A DNA stretch of 64,000 nt. Origin: a virus. Position 1 is the stretch's first letter; each line of letters starts with the position of its first letter. The notes beneath the pieces are model-generated. The model saw nothing but the letters and a program-made list of their open reading frames with translations, was not told where the DNA came from and ran no database searches. The position numbers and the translations under genes are program-made. Where the stretch lies: positions 1-64,000 of the IMG/VR virus record IMGVR_UViG_3300016667_000666; one strand, written 5' to 3'. This document shows positions 24,500-31,457 of the stretch, piece by piece.

Positions 24500-25405
24500 A
24501 TGTCAGCACAAGTTGCATTCGAGGCCTTTGTGGAGATGTTGCTCGAGGCTGTGGAGCGGGGTGAGAAGACCGGAACATGGGTACGCCCGTGGGCCACTAT
24601 CGAGCCGCAACGATTTGACGGCAAGCTCGTGTACAGTGGTACCAACACGGTGTTCCTGTCCATGTACGCACACATGATCGAGCGTGCACAGCAGCAGGCT
24701 GAATGTCCGTACACGCACGAGCGTTTGCGGCTGATCTGGCAGGCCTGCCGAGACTTACCAAAGTTTACGCCGTACTACGGCACACTCAATCAATGGAATG
24801 AGGTCGGTGCTAAAGTCAAGGCTGAGGCCAAAGGCTTGCCGTTGATCCGCGGTAAAAGCGGTGTCAAAGAACTCGATGACGGGACGTTTAAGTACTACTC
24901 GTACTTCACCTCGTTCACTGTGTTCAACTCATCTCAGGTAGAAGGTTGGGAGCCACCTGAGGTTCAAGTCACCGATGCCGATACTGCCGCCGAGCAACGG
25001 TTTCACGACCTGATTGCTAAGCACAATCCCAAGGTCGTGCCTGCAGATCAAGCAGCGTTTGTCCCTCGCAAGGACGAGTTGTGGATGCCGGATCGAGAGT
25101 CGTTCCCAAATCGGAATGACTACTACGGCACGTTTGTACACGAGATGGTGCATTGGACAGGTCACGAGACTCGGCTGAACCGTAAGTTTGGGACAGATCG
25201 TCCCACGTACGCCTTCGAAGAGCTTGTGGCTGAGCTCGGCTCAGCAGTGCTTAGCACGTCGCTGGGCTTCACGGTCAACGACCGCAACACGCAGGCGTAC
25301 CTCTCTAGCTGGGGTAAGTGGCTGCGCGAAGATAAAACGGCTGGACGTCGTGCGTTGCGGCTTGCACGACAAGCAGTAGAGTACCTCGAGAAAGGAGGTG
25401 AGTAG
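24500..25405 (+). CDS. ardC: ArdC-like antirestriction protein: N-terminal ssDNA-binding (DUF1738-like) domain plus C-terminal HExxH metallopeptidase domain (301 aa)
   Basis: TGTWVRPW...YSGTNTVFL is N-domain-like. FVHEMVHWTGHETRLNR matches the ArdC/polyvalent-protein metallopeptidase motif. Confidence 0.7.
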   Translation: MSAQVAFEAFVEMLLEAVERGEKTGTWVRPWATIEPQRFDGKLVYSGTNTVFLSMYAHMIERAQQQAECPYTHERLRLIWQACRDLPKFTPYYGTLNQWNEVGAKVKAEAKGLPLIRGKSGVKELDDGTFKYYSYFTSFTVFNSSQVEGWEPPEVQVTDADTAAEQRFHDLIAKHNPKVVPADQAAFVPRKDELWMPDRESFPNRNDYYGTFVHEMVHWTGHETRLNRKFGTDRPTYAFEELVAELGSAVLSTSLGFTVNDRNTQAYLSSWGKWLREDKTAGRRALRLARQAVEYLEKGGE

Positions 25406-25406
25406 A

Positions 25407-25745
25407 TTGCCATCATATTTTATCTACGTACTGTCGTTGTTTTGGGCAAACGCAGGATTCGCACCGGGACGGTACCACATCCTGCACTCAAGCAGGTCGC
25501 TGTACATCTGTCGGCTGCATATTCTGCGGCATGGCGGGTACGGCATCGTGTACCATCGGCCAGTCGATCATCCTCGTGCTCCGGTAGAGTGCTGGGAAGC
25601 GGGCGTGCTGATCTGGCAAGACCGCCAGCTGTACACGCGCATCGCAACTCAAAATGTCAAGATCCAGCAGATGCTTGACAAGTCGTACCAGCGCGGCTCC
25701 GGCTGGACGATTCCTGACATCGACGATCGCGTCCCCCCTCTCTAG
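25407..25745 (+). CDS. Hypothetical protein (112 aa), TTG start
   Basis: SD AAAGGAGG lies 8 nt before TTG 25407. Its stop is followed by A6. The start is uncertain. Confidence 0.4.
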   Translation: MPSYFIYVLSLFWANAGFAPGRYHILHSSRSLYICRLHILRHGGYGIVYHRPVDHPRAPVECWEAGVLIWQDRQLYTRIATQNVKIQQMLDKSYQRGSGWTIPDIDDRVPPL

Positions 25746-25750
25746 GCTGT

Positions 25751-25781
25751 CTTGGCAACGCTCACCTGCGTCAGATGTGAG
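25751..25781 (+). repeat. Family A, copy A6 (shortest loop)
   Basis: CTTGGCAACGC-CTCAC-CTGCGTCAGAT-GTGAG. Confidence 0.75.
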
Positions 25782-25784
25782 GTA

Positions 25785-25809
25785 GCGGGGCTGCACAGTG
25801 TAGTTCCGC
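25785..25809 (+). repeat. Hairpin family B, copy B5 (GCGGGG-CTGCACAGTGTAG-TT-CCGC)
   Basis: The inner stem needs a G-U pair (CTGCAC/GTGTAG), which fits RNA rather than DNA pairing. Confidence 0.75.
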
Positions 25810-25837
25810 ATACGTCCAAGAAAGGACACTACACACC

Positions 25838-26644
25838 ATGGCTAAGCAACGCCAAAAGACCCCAATCAAGTTTGTCGAAGACACTCAAAACAGCAAGCTC
25901 GTCGACAAGCGTGACTATCACGCCGCGACCACGTACTCGCAGGTCGGGCCGACCTGTCCGCGCTCGTGCTGGTTCCACCCCAACTCGTACCACAAGGCTA
26001 AGTGGCCGAAAGGATGGCGACACTGCTTCGCTAGTATTGGCCGTGCCGCGTTTAGCACACGCGAAGAGGCGTTCGAGGGTGCTACGTACGATGATGCCGG
26101 TCTTGCTATCGTGCGACACCGCATTGACGCGGCGCTCTACAGCCACCGTATCGGCGACGAGATCATCGACTTGTTCCGCTGGCATACCGGCGGTGACATC
26201 CTGCACCCTGCAACGCAGGAGTTGTGGGTCGAGCACGTCGACTTGATCGTGTGGGCCGCCGAGCAGATGTGCGAGCTCGGCATTCCGCTCATCGGGTATA
26301 CCGCCGCATGGGATTACGCAGGGGCCGAGCGGCTCAAGCCGTACTTCCTTGCGTCAGTGCAAGACCGGGAAGCGGCAACCAAGGCACTCGCTGCAGGCTG
26401 GCGCCTCGCGTACGGCGTGTTGCGTGATCGTCTCGAGGAGGAGACGGCATGGTTGCGCGCCCAAGGCGAGACGGTCATATTCTGCGCAGAGCAGTCTAAG
26501 AAAGCACGATCGTGTGCTGACTGCGGCTGGTGTGCATTCGTGGATCCGCTTAAGATCCACCTACACAAGTATAGCACTTACATGCTGTACCGCAAGAAGT
26601 TCGGCATCGAGCTGCCCGGCTCCACCATGTTCGTTGTCCACTAG
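25838..26644 (+). CDS. Hypothetical Cys-cluster protein (268 aa), possibly GP88-like
   Basis: SD GAAAGGA upstream. N-terminal TCPRSCWFH and C-terminal CADCGWC (CxxCxxC). The family assignment is from memory only. Confidence 0.6.
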   Translation: MAKQRQKTPIKFVEDTQNSKLVDKRDYHAATTYSQVGPTCPRSCWFHPNSYHKAKWPKGWRHCFASIGRAAFSTREEAFEGATYDDAGLAIVRHRIDAALYSHRIGDEIIDLFRWHTGGDILHPATQELWVEHVDLIVWAAEQMCELGIPLIGYTAAWDYAGAERLKPYFLASVQDREAATKALAAGWRLAYGVLRDRLEEETAWLRAQGETVIFCAEQSKKARSCADCGWCAFVDPLKIHLHKYSTYMLYRKKFGIELPGSTMFVVH

Positions 26645-26650
26645 TTCGGG

Positions 26651-26683
26651 TATAATGCTAGCAGGGGAAAGTCCCCTGCTAGC
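26651..26683 (+). promoter_or_regulatory. TATAAT box abutted by a perfect 11-bp hairpin (GCTAGCAGGGG/CCCCTGCTAGC)
   Basis: -10 at 26651-26656, hairpin at 26657-26683. The predicted +1 (~26663) falls inside the 5' arm. Confidence 0.45.
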
Positions 26684-26708
26684 CACCATAGAAAGGTATG
26701 TGTCTACT

Positions 26709-27716
26709 ATGACCTATGCACAACTTCGCGAAGACAACTTTCGCCGCCAGTTCATCATCGTGCCTGACGAGTACGTGTTGATTGCCCTCAAGCAGATGAA
26801 GCTTGAGCTGTGGTCAGCTCACGCCGACGAGTCTACGATCGACGACGAGGCGGAAGACGGCGAGTACTTCTACACGACTGTCGACGCTGAGTACATCGGC
26901 GATATGTCGGACGAGGAAGTGTTCGCACTTGGGCCGTTTGGGGTGAACACCATAGAAGAAGCAGGGCGGATCACCGCACACTGCACAATGAGCGCTATTG
27001 CATCAGCGCTAGAACAGGAACAACCGATGATAGTGGACACGGCAACAACCCTACCCCGCTACGCCTACGACGAGGCGTTTGCGTTGCTCGACGAGGCGGT
27101 CGAGTTCATCTCGCGGTTGATGAACGAGCAGCGCACCCAGCTGCTTAAGCGTCGCCACGCCGCAGCGGTACGAGCAGAACTCCAGTACGGCAAGGATAGC
27201 GTCGAGTTTAAGAAGGCCACGGACGCAGTCAACAACGCCGGGCATGGCGAGTATCCAACGCCGCAGTGGTTGTCCGACGCAGGCCTTGCCGTCGGCGCGA
27301 TCGGCTACGAGCTGGGCAAAGCAGCACATAAGTCCATCTTGGACTACCAAGATGTCCTCGGCGCGATTATGCAGCTTGAACGGTATGCTCTCCCGTACGA
27401 GCGGCTTAGTCGGATCCACGAGATTGCACTCGAGCTTGATCGCTGGCATACCCGCCATATCTTTGAAAGAGAGGAGGTAGTAGTCGATGACTTTGTGCAC
27501 AAGTACGTGCGGGAAGCAGTTACCATTGATCCCGTTAGCAACGAAGAGCACTACGTCTACGTTGCGTTGTGCGACTTCGACGAGAGCAACTCCGTGCACA
27601 TGTGGGTGGACGAGCAGTACCGCAACGAGGGTCTGTACGCGTGGGCGATCAGCGAGCACATTCAGCCCAGTACTCCAGTCGGTGACGATCAGCGTCTTTT
27701 TGTCCGGTTTGTCTAG
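26709..27716 (+). CDS. Hypothetical protein (335 aa)
   Basis: First in-frame ATG after the hairpin. The ORF-track start at 26349 overlaps the previous gene by 300 nt and is rejected. Confidence 0.65.
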   Translation: MTYAQLREDNFRRQFIIVPDEYVLIALKQMKLELWSAHADESTIDDEAEDGEYFYTTVDAEYIGDMSDEEVFALGPFGVNTIEEAGRITAHCTMSAIASALEQEQPMIVDTATTLPRYAYDEAFALLDEAVEFISRLMNEQRTQLLKRRHAAAVRAELQYGKDSVEFKKATDAVNNAGHGEYPTPQWLSDAGLAVGAIGYELGKAAHKSILDYQDVLGAIMQLERYALPYERLSRIHEIALELDRWHTRHIFEREEVVVDDFVHKYVREAVTIDPVSNEEHYVYVALCDFDESNSVHMWVDEQYRNEGLYAWAISEHIQPSTPVGDDQRLFVRFV

Positions 27717-27730
27717 TATCGGTATCAGTC

Positions 27731-27754
27731 GCGGGGTAGCAAATGCTGCCCCGC
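27731..27754 (+). promoter_or_regulatory. Intercistronic hairpin GCGGGGTAGCA/TGCTGCCCCGC
   Basis: Read directly, 24 nt upstream of ATG 27779. Confidence 0.5.
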
Positions 27755-27778
27755 TTACAAAGAAAGAGGATAACTCCT

Positions 27779-28381
27779 ATGGCTAATTACTGTGACAACA
27801 TGGTAGTAATCACTGCCAAGACTGTGGCTGCTCGTGCGTTCGCTCCTCGTATTGTAGAGGCTATTGCGCAAAAAGGTGACTGGCTTGACGTTGTGCTGCC
27901 TCCTCCTGCAGTGCTCGTCGCTGAAACAGAGCGAGGCTGGCTTGACGTTCAGGACGCAGAGATTAGGACACAGCTGCGCGAGGCGGCAGAAAAACGCAAT
28001 ACCGAGCAGTACGGGTACCCAGACTTGCGTCAGTGGTGCTGGGGCAACTGGGGGACTCCGTGGATGGCAGATGCTGTTGCCACAATAAACCAGAGTGATG
28101 GTAAGTTCGAAATTACTTCATTCTTTACGTCCGCGTGGGAACCGCCGATTTTGGCATACGAAGCGCTGAACAGGCTCGGCTTTGAGATATACGCAGAGTA
28201 TGCTGAGTTTGGTCTTAGTCTTGGAGGTATTGTGCAGCTCTACCGCGGCCGTAAAGCCCACAAGAGCAGTATTCAAACAACCTCAGATCTATCCAATCCA
28301 AAAGATCCTATTCGCCTAGCTCTCGAAGCGAATGGTTGGTCAATTTCGGAGTGGTACAACCCAGAAGACGAAGATGAGTAA
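27779..28381 (+). CDS. Api92/DUF1281-like protein (200 aa)
   Basis: The N-terminus MANYCDNMVVITAKT resembles the MPNWC.N.L.I start recalled for DUF1281/Api92-like ferredoxin-fold proteins. SD AGAGGA upstream. Confidence 0.5.
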   Translation: MANYCDNMVVITAKTVAARAFAPRIVEAIAQKGDWLDVVLPPPAVLVAETERGWLDVQDAEIRTQLREAAEKRNTEQYGYPDLRQWCWGNWGTPWMADAVATINQSDGKFEITSFFTSAWEPPILAYEALNRLGFEIYAEYAEFGLSLGGIVQLYRGRKAHKSSIQTTSDLSNPKDPIRLALEANGWSISEWYNPEDEDE

Positions 28382-28396
28382 GCACTAGCCAGAAAA

Positions 28397-28436
28397 CCAC
28401 CCTTACTACTGCGGTAGTGGGGGTGGTTTTTTTTTT
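28397..28436 (+). terminator. Strong rho-independent terminator closing block (ii)
   Basis: 13-bp stem CCACCCTTACTAC/GTAGTGGGGGTGG (two G-U pairs), loop TGCG, then T10. Confidence 0.85.
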
Positions 28437-28999
28437 ATTTGACTGCCCGGCCATCGGCCCTCATGTACGCGCACTAATGTTGCTTTGGGCCCTCGTAATT
28501 TGATCGTTTCTGGCCCTAGGCCCTCGTAGCACGGCGGCTAACGCCTTACAGCTGTGGGCCATATTATGGCATCAGGACGCGCCGGGGAGGGGGCCCGGGG
28601 GAACCAAGCGTTAATTGTGAAATTTTGCGCGATTTGTCGACATAAGTTGGCCAAAGCAACATTATTACCTCAAATGTTGCATTCAACTCTCGCACTTTCG
28701 ATGCACTTTTGGCCACCGATCAGGGCGTTTTCGAGGGGTCGATGCACGTTATGTCGAGTTGGAGGGGTCGAAGGGGCCAAAAACAACGCCTGACGTGTAA
28801 TTTTTGCGAGTTTTAGCGCGTCTCGGACGTGACATGGCCTCATAATTGCCCTTCGTGCCTTTCGTTCTGTCAAGTACACAATTTAGCGTTCTTCAGGGGT
28901 TCATTCCAAGCAGGGGAGATCGCGTGAGTGGACGATCGTGTGAGTGGACGATCACGCGAGTAGGAGTCAGTCTCCCCTGCGGTGTTCTTACGTATATGC
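28437..28999. repeat. ~560-bp non-coding, repeat-rich convergent intergenic region
   Basis: GGCC(C)TC(A/G)TA occurs 4 times (28455, 28488, 28520, 28846). GAGGGGTCGA occurs twice. GTG(A/T)AATTTT(T)GCG..TTT occurs twice (28617, 28796). CGATGCAC occurs twice. G-rich palindromic CCGGGGAGGGGGCCCGGGGG is present. No ORF has an SD. Confidence 0.7.
28911..28979. repeat. Compound hairpin enclosing a 16-bp tandem direct repeat
   Basis: Outer stem CAGGGGAGA/TCTCCCCTG. Inner stem TCGCGTGA/TCACGCGA. GTGAGTGGACGATC is repeated at 28924-28937 and 28940-28953. Confidence 0.7.
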
Positions 29000-29284
29000 T
29001 TATGGAATCAATCCTTCATCATAGATGCTGTACAAGTTTCCATTTTCCAGCGTATACCGAATTGCTGGGGAATACGCAGGGCTATAGTGATTCTCGTGCA
29101 GTGTGTTCAGAAGCTCTACCGTAATATCGGCGAGATAGTTTCCGATTGCTTCTGAGTAGTCGTGATCTGTGATGCCGAGTGAGTATCCTTCAGGGAACTT
29201 TGGTATCAGGTATCCCATGAGGATTTTAATCCAGAGTTCCCTTGGGAGATCGGCGGCAAAGACTTCAAGCTTCTTAGTTACCAT
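29000..29284 (-). CDS. Hypothetical protein (94 aa; start uncertain)
   Basis: ATG 29284 overlaps the upstream stop (ATGGTAACTAA). The ORF-track start at 29314 is a TTG without an SD. Confidence 0.5.
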   Translation of the reverse strand: MVTKKLEVFAADLPRELWIKILMGYLIPKFPEGYSLGITDHDYSEAIGNYLADITVELLNTLHENHYSPAYSPAIRYTLENGNLYSIYDEGLIP

Positions 29285-29579
29285 TAGAGGGATCCGTGTC
29301 TTTGTCACTTTCAAAGTCTACAGAATCAGCGTAAGGAAGGCGGCGTACTTCTTCAAACGACTCCACTAGATAGAAGTACTCGAGAAACGCTTGAAGCTGA
29401 CCCACGCATACTTTTCCTCTATGGACGATTCCTTCTACGACAGTAAGAGCGGTTTCAAGTTCTTGCCGCGTGATATTGTCGGTGTAGGCTCTTTGTACGA
29501 GAATGTCGTACAGTGAGTAGACTACTTGTTGCATCTCTCCGAGAGTAAGCTCGACTGTTTGTTTTGGTTCCTCAGTCAT
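29274..29579 (-). CDS. Hypothetical protein (101 aa)
   Basis: TAATG junction with the upstream small ORF. SD GAGGGA upstream. The longer track ORF (to 29660) is rejected. Confidence 0.6.
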   Translation of the reverse strand: MTEEPKQTVELTLGEMQQVVYSLYDILVQRAYTDNITRQELETALTVVEGIVHRGKVCVGQLQAFLEYFYLVESFEEVRRLPYADSVDFESDKDTDPSNGN

Positions 29580-29740
29580 TAGGATTCCCTCATAAATAGG
29601 CGGCGAATTACATATACAGGGAAGATCACGATTGTCGTGAGAATAACAGCGACAAGCCATGTGATCCCAAGGGTGGTGTCGAGCACTACTTCAAGAGAGC
29701 GCTCGACCTTCCAGCGAAACAATGTCCAATTCCAATTCAT
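29579..29740 (-). CDS. Small membrane protein (53 aa), absent from the ORF track
   Basis: My own translation: MNWNWTLFRWKVERSLEVVLDTTLGITWLVAVILTTIVIFPVYVIRRLFMRES. SD GGAGG lies 8 nt upstream. ATGA overlap with the upstream stop. Confidence 0.6.
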   Translation of the reverse strand: MNWNWTLFRWKVERSLEVVLDTTLGITWLVAVILTTIVIFPVYVIRRLFMRES

Positions 29741-30168
29741 TGACCATACCTCCATGACGAGAACCCAGTAGTACTGCGCGGTTCTGGTTCGATAAACAAC
29801 GAAAACGTCACCAGTTCTTGATAGAACTCTTCTGCATTGCGGGGAATGAAGTCAAACGACTCCTCTTCTTCTGCGTCTTCTTCCAGTGCTGGTGGGGGAA
29901 GAAGAACGTCGTTTGAAATAACCGTGCCGATATACTCCATGGGAGGGAAAAACGGCCGCTCTACACTTCCAAGGACGTACACCATACGATCCACAAGTAC
30001 CTTCTCTGCTTCCCCGTCTTCTGGTTCAGGATACACAATGTTAGCAAAGACGTATTGAGCATACTGCATTGCTGATACTTTTGCTCCCTTGGGTAGACGG
30101 AGAGCAATACACGCGGGAATCCCTTGTGTCATGTCAAATAGAGGGCGAACAGTATATGCCTGTCTCAC
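29737..30168 (-). CDS. Hypothetical acidic protein (143 aa)
   Basis: GTG start in a GTGA overlap with the upstream stop. SD AAGGAG lies 8 nt upstream. Confidence 0.6.
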   Translation of the reverse strand: MRQAYTVRPLFDMTQGIPACIALRLPKGAKVSAMQYAQYVFANIVYPEPEDGEAEKVLVDRMVYVLGSVERPFFPPMEYIGTVISNDVLLPPPALEEDAEEEESFDFIPRNAEEFYQELVTFSLFIEPEPRSTTGFSSWRYGQ

Positions 30169-30812
30169 GATCCCTTCTCCTTCTTAATAAACGCGGCGAG
30201 ATCCTGTGCCCATCCTGCTACATTTGGATCGGTCACAGGTCGACCGGCGATTACTTCTCGCATTCCAGTGCGAAGAATCCAAAGAACATCCCATACCTTG
30301 GCCCAGACAATATCGGCGATCTTTTGCTCGTTTATTGGAGCACTACCAGTAGCGGCGGGATTCTTTTCTAGTTCGATAACACGCGCCTTCAACAAGTCGA
30401 AGCGCGACATCATAACCTCGGCAGCTCGTTGAGCGCGTGATGCTGCTTCTTGGGCAGCAGCCAGTTGGGCTTTAAGCTGAGCTACTTGACTCTCGTCGAT
30501 CGATACTACGCTACTAGTCACGGTGGCCGTCAAGGGAATATACCCCGGAACTTCATCGTACCCGGGCTTACCCGCAAGATCAATCCACGCGCAGTAGAGC
30601 TTGTCTCCCTGCACATGGAGGGCCAAGTGCGCTCCCGGCGCTTCAAATACAATCTCAGGCTTTGCTCCCGGAGCAATTCGCCAAACGCGACCGCGCCACG
30701 GCCGTTTCTTGCCCATATCACCAATCGACGTGGTATAAATCGCCCCGTCTTTACTTTGTACAAATTGCGGGCTATGTCCGTATGACCCGAACGGTACTCC
30801 TAATAGTGGCAT
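30165..30812 (-). CDS. Hypothetical protein (215 aa) with central coiled coil
   Basis: SD AGGAGG lies 4 nt before ATG 30812. The track start at 30884 lies inside the upstream hairpin/promoter. Confidence 0.65.
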   Translation of the reverse strand: MPLLGVPFGSYGHSPQFVQSKDGAIYTTSIGDMGKKRPWRGRVWRIAPGAKPEIVFEAPGAHLALHVQGDKLYCAWIDLAGKPGYDEVPGYIPLTATVTSSVVSIDESQVAQLKAQLAAAQEAASRAQRAAEVMMSRFDLLKARVIELEKNPAATGSAPINEQKIADIVWAKVWDVLWILRTGMREVIAGRPVTDPNVAGWAQDLAAFIKKEKGS

Positions 30813-30844
30813 ACATCCTCCTAGTAATCTTTCTGCATACACGC

Positions 30845-30881
30845 AGAAACAAGCACTGATCAAGTGCTTGTTTCTATTATA
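30845..30881 (-). promoter_or_regulatory. TATAAT box abutted by a perfect 13-bp hairpin (AGAAACAAGCACT/AGTGCTTGTTTCT)
   Basis: On the - strand, -10 spans 30881-30876 and the hairpin 30875-30845. The predicted +1 (~30869) falls inside the 5' arm. Confidence 0.45.
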
Positions 30882-30894
30882 CACTAGTTTTTTC

Positions 30895-31452
30895 TTAACG
30901 TAGCCAGTTGTAGTACGCGAGGTACTCGTTTAGGCAGAGATACCCGCCCATCGTAAATACCTCTTCTGCAAGTAATCCGTCAGCGACGTACTCCATCGAA
31001 TAGCGGAGATTTTTCATTACCCTGCCTCGCACCATGTAAGAAGCGCTGTCAACATGCCCTACACGAGGCTGCTGTGTGGGAGCCAATCGCGGTGTGCCGT
31101 TTTTCCATACCTGACCCCATCCGACCATGTTGAGGGCAGGATCATGCAGGTCTTTTACCCGCCCATACCACTCAGGGTGAACAATGTTATCGTCATCGAG
31201 AATGTAAATCCAGTCTAGTTCATCAAACTGCATGCGATCTAACGCAAAGTTTCGATTTGGATTACCCGAGTGCCCGGTGTGCGGAGAAAGGTACACAGTT
31301 GCTTTTAGGTCAGGTAGAGACGGCAAATCGAGTACTGAGTGCCGGGTCACCGATTCATCAAGCACAATCGTCCATGTACACTCGTCTGGTATTGATTGCC
31401 GCAAAGCAACTAAGTTGGTTGGTCGAGTACACGGCGTAATAACGTGGATCAT
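30895..31452 (-). CDS. Glycosyltransferase-like protein (GT-A fold, 185 aa)
   Basis: N-terminal IHVITPCTRPTNL and DxD motif in YILDDDNIVHPEW. Confidence 0.55.
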   Translation of the reverse strand: MIHVITPCTRPTNLVALRQSIPDECTWTIVLDESVTRHSVLDLPSLPDLKATVYLSPHTGHSGNPNRNFALDRMQFDELDWIYILDDDNIVHPEWYGRVKDLHDPALNMVGWGQVWKNGTPRLAPTQQPRVGHVDSASYMVRGRVMKNLRYSMEYVADGLLAEEVFTMGGYLCLNEYLAYYNWLR

Positions 31453-31457
31453 TTTGA

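Noticed and set aside
26349-26708. N-terminal extension of ORF 26349-27716 (455 aa)
   Set aside because: It overlaps gene 25838-26644 by about 300 nt in another frame and has Arg/Ser/Cys-rich off-frame composition. ATG 26709 follows the intergenic hairpin and SD.
28554-29124. ORFs 28554-28793 (+), 28670-28879 (-) and 28846-29124 (+) in the large intergenic region
   Set aside because: They have no SD, odd composition, and overlap one another and the repeat arrays. The region is treated as non-coding.
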